DNA from: an uncultured virus (IMG/VR IMGVR_UViG_3300044557_000566)
Lineage: Duplodnaviria; Heunggongvirae; Uroviricota; Caudoviricetes
DNA length: 64,000 bases
Direction: 5' to 3' (one strand)
Virus record (IMG/VR): IMGVR_UViG_3300044557_000566
The notes below the pieces were generated by a model. It was not told where the DNA came from, searched no databases, and saw only the letters and a program-made list of their open reading frames with translations. The position numbers and the translations under genes were made by a program. This document shows positions 18,065 through 27,419 of the stretch, piece after piece; the stretch's first letter is position 1, and each line of letters starts with the position of its first letter.

Positions 18065-18138
18065 TCCCTCGTATCGGCGACGATCCGATCACTCCCTGAT
18101 TAAGAGTCAGGTGCTCTACCAACATGAGCTAACGAGGG
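18065..18138 (-). tRNA. tRNA-Lys(CTT), non-canonical T loop
   Basis: CCTGA-CTCTTAA-TCAGG; T loop ATCGTCG. Confidence 0.8.
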
Positions 18139-18139
18139 G

Positions 18140-18213
18140 TTGCGGAGAATGGATTCGAACCATTGACTTCGTGGGTATGAGCCACGCGAGCTACCGAACT
18201 GCTCTACTCCGCG
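18140..18213 (-). tRNA. tRNA-fMet(CAT)
   Basis: C1:A72 mismatch, loop CTCATAC. Confidence 0.9.
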
Positions 18214-18287
18214 TGTCCCCTATGGGATTCGAACCCATACTAGACGGCTCCTTAGGCCGACGCCTCTACCAATTGGGCTAAAGGGAC
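18214..18287 (-). tRNA. tRNA-Leu(AAG), A34, short variable arm
   Basis: CGGC-CTAAGGA-GCCG. Confidence 0.85.
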
Positions 18288-18374
18288 ATGATACGTGGAT
18301 GCGATCATGATCGTCACCAGTCACGCATCCACGATAGGGCCAACTGGTGACAACCGTCGCTGTCATCGTGTGCC

Positions 18375-18465
18375 CGGTTCTCAGGGGGATTCGAACCCAC
18401 GCTCGCTGGGAATGACCCCTCGCACCACTTTATCGGCGGCTGCTACCATTGCATCATTGAGAACC
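18375..18465 (-). tRNA. Atypical tRNA-like gene: 8-bp acceptor, long extra arm, loop CGATAAA
   Basis: GGTTCTCA/TGAGAACC, G73, canonical TTCGAAT T loop. Confidence 0.55.
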
Positions 18466-18468
18466 ACG

Positions 18469-18554
18469 TGCCCTCACCCGGATTCGAACCGAGAGCCCCA
18501 TCACGGGAAGACGGGTTTGAGCCGTCCGCGTCTACCAATTCCAGCCATGAGGGC
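18469..18554 (-). tRNA. tRNA-Leu(CAA)
   Basis: GACGG-CTCAAAC-CCGTC, long variable arm. Confidence 0.9.
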
Positions 18555-18710
18555 AATTTGCTTAATGCTCTGTAAGGAGAATCACTTATGATCATCAGGA
18601 CTGCAAGCGCAAGCCGTATGCGCTCACCGGGTGACTATCCCCCGCCAAGGGAAGAATTGCCGCCAACAATTCTTGTCATCATCCCCACGGTTGTCCATTC
18701 CCGTGGTAAG

Positions 18711-18784
18711 TACTCTCCATGGGATTCGAACCCATGCTAGACGGTCCCTGAAACCGCCTCCTCTGCCAATCGGGCTAGGAGAGC
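18711..18784 (-). tRNA. tRNA-Leu(CAG), short variable arm
   Basis: GCGGT-TTCAGGG-ACCGT. Confidence 0.85.
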
Positions 18785-18841
18785 ATAACGTGCCGTCAAT
18801 CCCACCGTGGTTTGGGGAGTTGAACCATTGACGGCACATAG

Positions 18842-18915
18842 TAGCCTCATCGGGACTCGAACCCGAAGTCTCATCCTTGAGAGGGATGCGAGGTGACCAG
18901 TTACTCTATGAGGCC
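18842..18915 (-). tRNA. tRNA-Glu(CTC)
   Basis: CATCC-CTCTCAA-GGATG. Confidence 0.9.
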
Positions 18916-18916
18916 G

Positions 18917-19001
18917 CGGATGATGAGGGATTCGAACCCCCGGTGGTGTTACCCACTCTTGTTTTCAAGACAAGTGCACTCGACCGCTATGCGAATCATC
19001 C
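18917..19001 (-). tRNA. tRNA-Ser(TGA)
   Basis: CTTGT-CTTGAAA-ACAAG. Confidence 0.9.
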
Positions 19002-19100
19002 AAATATTGTATGCAGTAAGAGCTAGGAGCCCCCGCCGCGCCGGGCCACAGCCTTACCGGCTTGTCCAGCCCTCGAGTAAGCATCCTTATCGAGCCCGCG

Positions 19101-19172
19101 CGACCACGACGGGAATCGGACCCGCTCTAGCTTGCTCGACAGGCAAGTGTCCAACCGGAGGACCTCGTGGCC
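19101..19172 (-). tRNA. tRNA-Asp(GTC)
   Basis: CTTGC-CTGTCGA-GCAAG, G73. Confidence 0.8.
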
Positions 19173-19247
19173 ATAATGATGCAGACAGCATTACGTGATG
19201 AAAACAATGTCAGAACTTTCATCGGAATCTGTCCACATTCACCTACG

Positions 19248-19322
19248 CTCCCTGTACTAGAGTCGAACTAGTTGCCTCTCGATTAACAGTCGAGCGCAGC
19301 CGCCGAAGGCTGCTCACAGGGA
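19248..19322 (-). tRNA. tRNA-Asn(GTT)
   Basis: CTCGA-CTGTTAA-TCGAG. Confidence 0.85.
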
Positions 19323-19355
19323 ATAATAGATGGGCGTTTAACGTGCGCCCATCAT

Positions 19356-19752
19356 GCACGGCATGTTTTTCTATCCGACTGCTCGGACTGCTTAGACCAG
19401 CTCACCACTTGGACATGACTGACAGCATGCGCTGTCAACCGTCACCGCGGATTGCCTATAGGGAACATCTGAAGAAGTATGTTTATTGTCTACCGGCGCT
19501 CGACCTTCACAACGAGCTTGGTACCCGGCTCACGGATTATACGTACTGGGACACAATGTGACCCCGGGTAGCATCTTGAGGACAAGACGCGACCACACCT
19601 CGCTTTCTCCGTGCGAGATCCAGAATACTGGCGCTCCATCATGCAGACGAGTTGACTAGACCCGTATGGTCTCCTGACCAAGCGCGATAATTCTTTAACA
19701 TTCCGGTACCGTGGCCGTCGCATTGCTTCCTCATCTGGAGTTGCACCAGACC
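19356..19752 (-). ncRNA. Candidate large structured ncRNA (unidentified)
   Basis: Nested long-range stems (ACGGC/GCCGT, TACCGG/CCGGTA, TACCCGG/CCGGGTA, GCGCT/AGCGC) plus many local hairpins. Confidence 0.5.
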
Positions 19753-19834
19753 TCATTATTAGATTATCAGACCATCCTCACCATGATTCCATGCGGTCAA
19801 GCATGTCCACAGGGTGACCAGATGACGGTCATCG

Positions 19835-19908
19835 TCGGGATGACAGGATTTGAACCTGCGGCATCTTGCTCCCAAAGCAAGCGCGCTACCAAGCTGCGCT
19901 ACATCCCG
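19835..19908 (-). tRNA. tRNA-Pro(TGG)
   Basis: CTTGC-TTTGGGA-GCAAG. Confidence 0.95.
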
Positions 19909-20003
19909 AAATATTAAGTTATGTCACTACGCTGGACGGTTTCCCGTTGAGCGCGGCACATCCAATGATAACACACCCGTTAGGGTACGCGGTCAGCGGC
20001 GTG

Positions 20004-20076
20004 TCGGGATGGCGGGGATCGAACCCGCTGTCTCCTGCTCCCGAAGCAGGCGGATTACCTTTCCTCCCTCATCCCG
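20004..20076 (-). tRNA. tRNA-Pro(CGG)
   Basis: CCTGC-TTCGGGA-GCAGG. Confidence 0.85.
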
Positions 20077-20371
20077 GTATTCAATTGTCAAATGTTGCCC
20101 TTTAACATGAAGAAGGCCCGATCCTCAATGATGAAGACCGGGCCTAGATTCACATTGAATCTTTACTGCTTAAACCACGATCTTACATCCTGTTGAATTA
20201 TCATGCTTATAACCGTTAAATGACCTAATGGCCATCGGCTGCCAGCATGATTGAAGGCTACGCTCACGCGTGGATGACGATTTGGACAAACCTGCGAGCA
20301 ATGTCATCACAACCTCCATTCTGCAATCCGTGGAACGCGGTAAGCATCCCGTTCAACAACCAACAATAGAT

Positions 20372-20400
20372 AATATATCACGGTGCTACGTCAATAGCAA
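20372..20400 (-). promoter_or_regulatory. Probable main promoter of the tRNA array
   Basis: TTGCTA-17 nt-TATATT sharing GCACCGTGATATA with the 13012 promoter; rRNA-boxA-like TTTGACAATTGAATA at ~20078-20096. Confidence 0.55.
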
Positions 20401-20577
20401 CCCTAATCCGTAATTATTTTTCGTCAATGACGCGGGAACGTTGAGACGGCAACGAAAAATAATCAAAAATATTTTCTGGAATCAACAATCTCATCGGCGT
20501 GTCTTACTCAGGAAGGCTCCATTTCCCTGACTATAATATTATATCAGTATAGATTAACTGATGCAATCATTCTATTA

Positions 20578-21300
20578 TCACTCGATGATATTTGAATAGG
20601 AGTATTTATACTCATCTTTGGACCCAATATCAGACGGGTGATGATCAGACTCGATCCATTCATGGGTATTAGACGGCGTTGGATCACCCAATATGGTCCT
20701 CATCCTAACAATGAACCCATTGTGTCTATTAACGATTCCCAATCCTGTTAATCCGAGTAGAACGTGACCTTCAGCTATGCCATTCTTACATTCTGCTCTT
20801 ATCGTTAGGTCATACCCAACTGAGTCAAGGATCGTATCTCTGTCAATCGTCACCGTGATTCTTCCATTATCGTCTGTTGTATAATAGGTTTGGTCAATCA
20901 ACTTGCCGCCCATAATCCTGCCAACAAGATCATCGTAATTCGTAACGCCAGCTGACCTAGATCTGACGACCACGCCATCGGTAAATCCTACTCCTATTCT
21001 AGGAGTATCGTTGCTTATCACTACCGGATTCCTCGGAGTATAAGTCCCATGCTTACCATCAACATAATCGTTAAGATGTGTTCCGAGATAACAGTTCTTT
21101 AGACTCACCCCGTTATCATTAACAAGCTGGTACGTTGCCGTGAACGGTTCCGATCCTGATTTCAGCCTGTAATTACCGGCAGATATGGCAATTATCGGCA
21201 TAATGAGAACCATTACAATTAGGATGATTAAAGAATGCTTGATTCCTGTTATCTTATGCATGATCAGAAATGACTTGTTGGATTGTTGAGAAGGTATCAT
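20578..21300 (-). CDS. Hypothetical secreted protein
   Basis: Hydrophobic N-terminal signal; AT-rich. Confidence 0.6.
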   Translation of the reverse strand: MIPSQQSNKSFLIMHKITGIKHSLIILIVMVLIMPIIAISAGNYRLKSGSEPFTATYQLVNDNGVSLKNCYLGTHLNDYVDGKHGTYTPRNPVVISNDTPRIGVGFTDGVVVRSRSAGVTNYDDLVGRIMGGKLIDQTYYTTDDNGRITVTIDRDTILDSVGYDLTIRAECKNGIAEGHVLLGLTGLGIVNRHNGFIVRMRTILGDPTPSNTHEWIESDHHPSDIGSKDEYKYSYSNIIE

Positions 21301-22360
21301 CAGTTATTCTTTCTCCAATATTATACGCATCATTTTCATAATATGGTATAGAATCACACGGGCTTTTATTATCAGAGCAATACTCTCCTCTTTCTATTCC
21401 TATAGCCATTAAGGATAAAGAATTAGGATCATCAGTTGCGAATGCTGATCCGCTATCTCCCTCTGCATTGTCTAAAGATGTAGTAAACATATATGATGGA
21501 CCAACTGATCTTATTAAGTTGCCATATTCTGTCCACATGGTCCACTCGAGCTTATCACTAGGATACCCAGTCATCCTTATATCAGGATAATTACCATTAT
21601 AGACATATTCTGGAGTTACACCATAACCGTACCATCCTACTTGATTTCCAATAGGATCATTAAGAATAATCAATCCCCAATCGTTTCTTTGTGATGCGGG
21701 AGTATTATCATCCCAATTACCCGATATTGCCTCACCGGAAGCCGTTGTTGAATACTCTGATTCTGGGAAATGTACAGAAGACCCTTCTTCTATAGGATTA
21801 TCTTCATCCGCTGAAACGGCTCCTGCTGATACAGCATAATTATCAAACCATTCTTCATTTGACTGTAAACAATGTGCGGCTGTGAGAACGACATTAGGTC
21901 CTATAAGAACTCCGCTGCATTTTTGATAATTATTGCTTTCTGTACTATATGCTGTTATACTGGCAATAGGAGCATAAATGGGGTTACTTTCCGTAGCGGT
22001 TACCTGTGTGCGATCATCATCGCCAATAACCATGTACGGGGTAATTGAAGAAGAAGTATCCGATCCAGCATCAATATCTTTGAACGGAGTCCATCCGTGA
22101 TGAACATACGATTCAGGATCTGAACTTTTTGATAATTCTGTTGACAATGAGTTCTTTACCGTTCTCAATTCTGTTTTACCAGTATTCTCATCACGCCATG
22201 TGTACGAAAGATTTTTCTCGTCAAATGATAAAGAACTGGTCTCATTAGCATAAGCATTACCCGACAGAATTGAAATCATCAGAGTTAACGCACATATGGA
22301 AGATTCTACCATCATTAATCTTTTCCTGTCTTTACTTGTGATCATTTGTCTACCCCTCAT
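21254..22360 (-). CDS. Secreted trypsin-like (V8/glutamyl endopeptidase-type) serine protease
   Basis: CSGVLIG...VLTAAHC, NDWGLI, GDSGS. Confidence 0.9.
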   Translation of the reverse strand: MRGRQMITSKDRKRLMMVESSICALTLMISILSGNAYANETSSLSFDEKNLSYTWRDENTGKTELRTVKNSLSTELSKSSDPESYVHHGWTPFKDIDAGSDTSSSITPYMVIGDDDRTQVTATESNPIYAPIASITAYSTESNNYQKCSGVLIGPNVVLTAAHCLQSNEEWFDNYAVSAGAVSADEDNPIEEGSSVHFPESEYSTTASGEAISGNWDDNTPASQRNDWGLIILNDPIGNQVGWYGYGVTPEYVYNGNYPDIRMTGYPSDKLEWTMWTEYGNLIRSVGPSYMFTTSLDNAEGDSGSAFATDDPNSLSLMAIGIERGEYCSDNKSPCDSIPYYENDAYNIGERITDDTFSTIQQVISDHA

Positions 22361-22452
22361 TAAGATTGACCATGATTCATTACGAGGATATCAACGATTT
22401 TTCGTAGGTAATAACTAAGCTAGGCATCAGATGAGATTAAGATTAAATGGGA

Positions 22453-23769
22453 TCAGACCTCAATGCTGCCATCTGCCACTCCAGCCCAGAATCCGAGGGC
22501 CCATTGCCTCACCCTGTCAGTATTCCCGCGCTCATCACTGCTGGCATGACGCCCATTCATAAGATTACACATGCCAGATGGATGGAATAGCATAGATGAT
22601 GCTTCTGACATGAACTCACCCGGGCCCGTGCTACCATAATCCATGGCATCACTGCCGAATCCACGATGAACTATTCCGATGCTTGAATGCTTGTCCGTGT
22701 TAACTCCCTCATCGAACCTCGCGTACGCCTCCTCGGCTGCCTTCCTGAATTTTGGAAATGATTCTGACAATCCATGCACATACTCATGCATGAGCACCTG
22801 TTTGAATCCCTCATCTTCCTTACCGCTGGGCTTCCTCACGATGATGGCAGATCCGAATGCTTCCCGTCTTTCCTTAACCTCATACACGGGAGCCTTAACA
22901 TGCTCTTCCCCTTCTGAATAACCCTGCACTATCACATCGGCCTCATTAGCGATCTTTTTTAGGGACGACCCCTTCCCCATACTGAACTTACGCCCTAGGA
23001 CGACCTTACGAACAGTATTGCTATCGATCTTCATGAGAGCAGTTGCACCCTTGCTTCCATTCTCGAATCCCTCCTTTCCATCATAGGAAGACCATTCAAT
23101 GATCACACTCCCAATCTTAGCCTTCTCCATGAACTCCATCTTCTTATCTTCATATTGATCTTTACGAAGAGAGCTAATCCTAGTATCAATTGTAGCTGGT
23201 GGTAGCGATACCGCTCCCGAATAAAAGTACCCAGCCGTGTCACGATTCATAGCATGTGAGATCTTACTGCCCTGAGTCGAGTCGATAAGAAGAAACGATC
23301 CAGGATTATCATGATTCTTCACGTTATTTGGGAGAACAGCTATAGACTCGTTAAGCTCTTTAGCATACCTTCCAACGGCATTCCTGACAAGCTCACCGTT
23401 ACCGCTCTTCGCGTGGGTGGACATCCAATCCCCCAGCTTTAAGGCAAGACGATCTGCCTGAACGTCGGGGTATTCTGATGGATCAATGCCGAACTCTGAT
23501 TCCAGTTGCTTGCCCTTATCAATGATGGACGAGACATCGGTGGGATCAATTCTGCTACTCACGTGCTTACGGCCCTTCTTCAACGACTCTGATGGTAATG
23601 AATCTTTATTAGCATTGGCATGCTTGAGCGTTATGATCTCCTCTGCAGCATCGGGATCTAACATCCCGCCATTGTGAAGACGCCAGTAGCCCCTAACCTT
23701 GACCCCATCGCGCTCATATGGTTCAACCCATGTAGCACCGTCAACAGGGGCAATATTCTCATCATCCAT
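22453..23769 (-). CDS. Hypothetical protein with C-terminal HEXXH zincin-like motif
   Basis: VLMHEYVHG...GEFMSEA. Confidence 0.65.
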   Translation of the reverse strand: MDDENIAPVDGATWVEPYERDGVKVRGYWRLHNGGMLDPDAAEEIITLKHANANKDSLPSESLKKGRKHVSSRIDPTDVSSIIDKGKQLESEFGIDPSEYPDVQADRLALKLGDWMSTHAKSGNGELVRNAVGRYAKELNESIAVLPNNVKNHDNPGSFLLIDSTQGSKISHAMNRDTAGYFYSGAVSLPPATIDTRISSLRKDQYEDKKMEFMEKAKIGSVIIEWSSYDGKEGFENGSKGATALMKIDSNTVRKVVLGRKFSMGKGSSLKKIANEADVIVQGYSEGEEHVKAPVYEVKERREAFGSAIIVRKPSGKEDEGFKQVLMHEYVHGLSESFPKFRKAAEEAYARFDEGVNTDKHSSIGIVHRGFGSDAMDYGSTGPGEFMSEASSMLFHPSGMCNLMNGRHASSDERGNTDRVRQWALGFWAGVADGSIEV

Positions 23770-24107
23770 TCCAGATCACCAACCCGAATCTAATATCATT
23801 GCAAGATCTCTTATCAAGACTTTGTTAATCTATCGTCGAACGGAAGATAGGAGAACAAAGAACATCGCAATAAGAATCGTATTGTGATTAAAGACTTGTC
23901 TATTCCATGGGGAAGATGATCCTAATCATGTGGTCTCATATGGCTGAGATTCAACTATCATCAGAACGCAACAGTCTACTATGCTTCTGGTGATAGTCTG
24001 AACGGACATGTGCAGAAAGGCTTCCTTGTGTATAACGTAACTTCCCGAGGGCTAAACCACTGTAGAATCGCGAGATCTCAATGCTTGCAATGCATCAATA
24101 ATAAGAC

Positions 24108-24965
24108 TCAGAACGTGATCACGATCTTCATCCTGCAGGCCTCATTGAGACGAAGATTGCTTGACAGCCTCTCAACATCTGACAAGACGCCATCAAGACT
24201 CCTACTACTACGTCCACCCGATGCTACGCTATCACGATCTGTCGCCACCACCCATTCTGGATGCTTAGCGTCAGTCTTATCGTGAATCCTAGGCTTGATG
24301 CCCACCCATGCAAGACTGGCCTTGCTCTCGCCAGTAATTTCGTGATTACCGTTCGTTATGATCTTGGTAGTCCACGCGCTAGCATAGAATCCCCTAACAC
24401 CGTCCCTACGAAGTCCCCTCCACGACAATGAACCATCACGGATAACCTGGTACAGACCAACACAGACCGCTCTCTGAATGAGCTTACCGTTCTCGTCTGT
24501 TCCCTCTGACCATTCAGTAGTGGCATTGATCCCGCCTGAGTAAAGACCCATTCCGTCAAGTTCCTTCCTATTGGAAGCAATACCCCTCGTATCAGACCAC
24601 CATTCCGGCTTATGGATGATTGATTGTTCTGATGGAGCCCAGATGGGCTCGAAGATGATCGGCTGCTTCGTCTTATCATGCTCTCTCAGCAATTGCTGCA
24701 ACTTGGATGCGATTCTTGCATATGAGGACTTGATCTCACTCCTACCGGGACCAACCCTACGCATGACCTCGTCAAGAGTGGGATTCCTCTGGCTCCCCTC
24801 ACGGAGGCTCTCCTGGAACTCAAGCCATTCCACAGCGGAATCCCTATCAGTCCAATGGTACAGGGGGTGACCATTGCCGTCATGATGATAACGACACGTC
24901 TTTGGGTCACGGGCCCGGCAGGCCTCCAGCCCGCCGTCCCTTATCACCCACGCTACATTCCTCAT
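24108..24965 (-). CDS. Hypothetical protein with N-terminal CxAxDPxxCRYH motif
   Basis: 285-aa ORF, leaderless-type start. Confidence 0.65.
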   Translation of the reverse strand: MRNVAWVIRDGGLEACRARDPKTCRYHHDGNGHPLYHWTDRDSAVEWLEFQESLREGSQRNPTLDEVMRRVGPGRSEIKSSYARIASKLQQLLREHDKTKQPIIFEPIWAPSEQSIIHKPEWWSDTRGIASNRKELDGMGLYSGGINATTEWSEGTDENGKLIQRAVCVGLYQVIRDGSLSWRGLRRDGVRGFYASAWTTKIITNGNHEITGESKASLAWVGIKPRIHDKTDAKHPEWVVATDRDSVASGGRSSRSLDGVLSDVERLSSNLRLNEACRMKIVITF

Positions 24966-25158
24966 GCGATGAGGATATCAGATCTAATATCGCGGGATGG
25001 TGGCGTCGCGTGAATGGTTTTACTTATCTTACCATAGTTTCGATCAACGGGGGGGGGTAGATCATGAACATGCTACGAAGTGAGGGGGAGCTGAGATGGT
25101 AGAGACTATCGTCGGTATCGTGGTGCTCGTGATCTTTGGACTCACCCTTAGCCACAGA

Positions 25159-26634
25159 TCATTGAGCCGACTTGTACTCATTGTAGAATCTTACCAGTTC
25201 TACCCTCGCCCTGTCCTCTCCAACCTGACCATTGCTCATCCTGTACTCTAGCATGTGATCATAGAGGACACCCAGGACTGGACCAGGCTTGATCCCAAGG
25301 ATGCTCATCATCTGGTTACCGTTCAACTCGGGGCGGATCTTGTCAAGATCCTCCTTGGCCTTGAGCCTGGAGACGTGATCCTCCAGTTGGTCCATGTATC
25401 CAATGATGCGGGCCTCACGATTCTTATGGAAGGTGGTCACGTCCGCCCTGGTAAGCACCATGAGACGATCATACAGCGGACCCACCTCCTGGAGGAATCT
25501 TCGCACACCAGAATCAGACCATAAGACCCCGTTGGGATCAGCGTACCCATGTGCCCTCATGTGAAGGGCTACCAGGTCGCTCACATCCCTAATCACGTCA
25601 TGAGGATACTTCAACGAGGATAGCCTCTTCTTCACCATCCCGGCACCAGCAGCCTCGTGGCCATCAAAGGTCACCTTCTTCCTGCCGTTGAACCTCCTGG
25701 TGGTAGTCTTGCCCACGTCATGGAGCACTGCGGCCAGTCTGAGGACAAGATCGGGGCCTCCATCAGGGAGTCTGTCCTCCATACTGATAGCCCTGTCAAG
25801 AACGGTGAGGGAATGCTCGAAGTTAGCCTTGTGGAGTCCACGGCTACTTCTATCAGCCCTCCTCAATTCTGACAACTCGGGGAGAACGTGATCCATGAGA
25901 CCCGAATCAGACATCTCCCGTAGAGCGTTAGATGGGTTGGCTGACAGCATGATCTTGTTCAACTCGTCAGCAACCCTCTCCCTACTGATCTCATCAAGAC
26001 GTGGGGTCATACTCCTTATAGCGTTCATGGTCTCATCTTCAATCTTGAACCCATACTTGCCAACGAATCTGATCGCCCTGAGCATACGGAGTGGATCTTC
26101 ACCGAAGGAGATCTTTGGGTCAAGCGGGGTGCGAATGACCCCACGCCTGAGATCTTCACGGCCTCCGTAGGGGTCAACCAGCACAAGATCAGGAAGTCTG
26201 ATGGCCATCGCGTTGATGGTCATGTCACGACGCTTGAGATCATCTTCGAGGCTTGAACCCCATTCCACTCGAGGCTTCCTAGATCCACGATTATAGGAAT
26301 CGGAACGGTAGGTGGTGACCTCAACGTCAGCGTCAATATTCCCGGGGAGATGCCTGCGAGCACCAATGGTCCCATACTTACGGCCAACCTCCCAGTAGCC
26401 ATCTCCCCACGGCATCAGTATGCGGGAAGACTCATCTGGTCTAGCATTAGAGGTCATGTCAAGATCTTTTGGAACACGACCAAGAAGAAGATCGCGAACC
26501 GGTCCTCCAACAAGAGCCAGTTCATACCCCCTTGACTGGTATTCCCTTCCAAGACTGATGGATGCGTTGATGAGGGGGATGGCTGCATCTGGAATCATGA
26601 TGCCACCCAGACCCTTGACTGACAGGTTCTTCAT
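25159..26634 (-). CDS. cca: CCA-adding tRNA nucleotidyltransferase with HD domain
   Basis: VGGPVRDLLLG, DLD, EDDLKRRDMTINAMA, EDPLRMLRA, LHDVGK; start chosen at ATG 26634. Confidence 0.9.
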   Translation of the reverse strand: MKNLSVKGLGGIMIPDAAIPLINASISLGREYQSRGYELALVGGPVRDLLLGRVPKDLDMTSNARPDESSRILMPWGDGYWEVGRKYGTIGARRHLPGNIDADVEVTTYRSDSYNRGSRKPRVEWGSSLEDDLKRRDMTINAMAIRLPDLVLVDPYGGREDLRRGVIRTPLDPKISFGEDPLRMLRAIRFVGKYGFKIEDETMNAIRSMTPRLDEISRERVADELNKIMLSANPSNALREMSDSGLMDHVLPELSELRRADRSSRGLHKANFEHSLTVLDRAISMEDRLPDGGPDLVLRLAAVLHDVGKTTTRRFNGRKKVTFDGHEAAGAGMVKKRLSSLKYPHDVIRDVSDLVALHMRAHGYADPNGVLWSDSGVRRFLQEVGPLYDRLMVLTRADVTTFHKNREARIIGYMDQLEDHVSRLKAKEDLDKIRPELNGNQMMSILGIKPGPVLGVLYDHMLEYRMSNGQVGEDRARVELVRFYNEYKSAQ

Positions 26635-26784
26635 AATCAGCCTTCCTTCCATTACTGTAGAAGCATTAACGTTAAAATGACAAATGACAATTGAATCATA
26701 ATATGAAGACCCATAGGAAACGCCGCGAGCCATGATGAGAATGGCCCGCGGCGTAGCAATACTCTCCACCAGCTGGATGAGATC

Positions 26785-27309
26785 CTATCGAGCTGACGGT
26801 GAGAGTATCAGCGTGACCGCAGACCCATTATACGTGGGCGGCGTCGAGATTACAAACACGTCTTCAAGCGAAGACACCATGGTCTTCATGCAGTCATACG
26901 CGACCTGCTTGTGATCACGCTCACGTCCACGAAGCTGCACGGTGAGGCGGACTTTATCACCCCTTGATAGGAATCGTACAGCCTGGTTCTTCTTGACCTC
27001 AAGATCATGTGATTCTATATTCGGGCGGAGACGGATCTCCTTCAACTGCTGTACGCGAGCACTATGCCGCTGACGCTTGGCCTTCTGCTGCTCTTTAAAT
27101 CTTTCCTCGGACGCATCACCCATCTTCACGATGGGAGGATCATGACGAGCATCCATCTCAATGAGGTCAAATCCCGCATCATCGGCCAATCGAAGCGCGA
27201 CGTCAGTATCAATCACCCCAGCGCTCTTACCGTTATCGCCTATGAGCATAACCCTGCTCGCGGTGATGTCCCCATTGATCTTCCTACGATTATCAGCGTT
27301 CTTACCCAA
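26785..27309 (-). CDS. infC: Translation initiation factor IF-3
   Basis: INGDI...DPPIVK...KEIRLRPNIESHDL...FLSRGDKV...RGRE. Confidence 0.95.
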   Translation of the reverse strand: MGKNADNRRKINGDITASRVMLIGDNGKSAGVIDTDVALRLADDAGFDLIEMDARHDPPIVKMGDASEERFKEQQKAKRQRHSARVQQLKEIRLRPNIESHDLEVKKNQAVRFLSRGDKVRLTVQLRGRERDHKQVAYDCMKTMVSSLEDVFVISTPPTYNGSAVTLILSPSAR

Positions 27310-27419
27310 TGACTACTATCTTTCTCCACTTACCATGATGACGTGTTCTGTAACGCCATCTACCGGAAACAACATGATGATTATATCAATAGACGGTGAT
27401 TAGCGCAACAGGCTAACCC

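Noticed and set aside
18375..18465. tRNA-Sec
   Set aside because: Anticodon is not TCA and no sel genes are visible.
19330..19760. Possible tmRNA, standard or permuted
   Set aside because: No Ala-type acceptor (GGGG...TCCA with G3:U70) and no tag reading frame found.
6545..20110. Dozens of 60-150 aa ORFs in the track across the tRNA array
   Set aside because: They are shadows of tRNA and ncRNA genes, with no RBS or protein motifs.
27300..27315. ATT start codon autoregulation of infC
   Set aside because: The ATT here is out of frame; the in-frame start is TTG.
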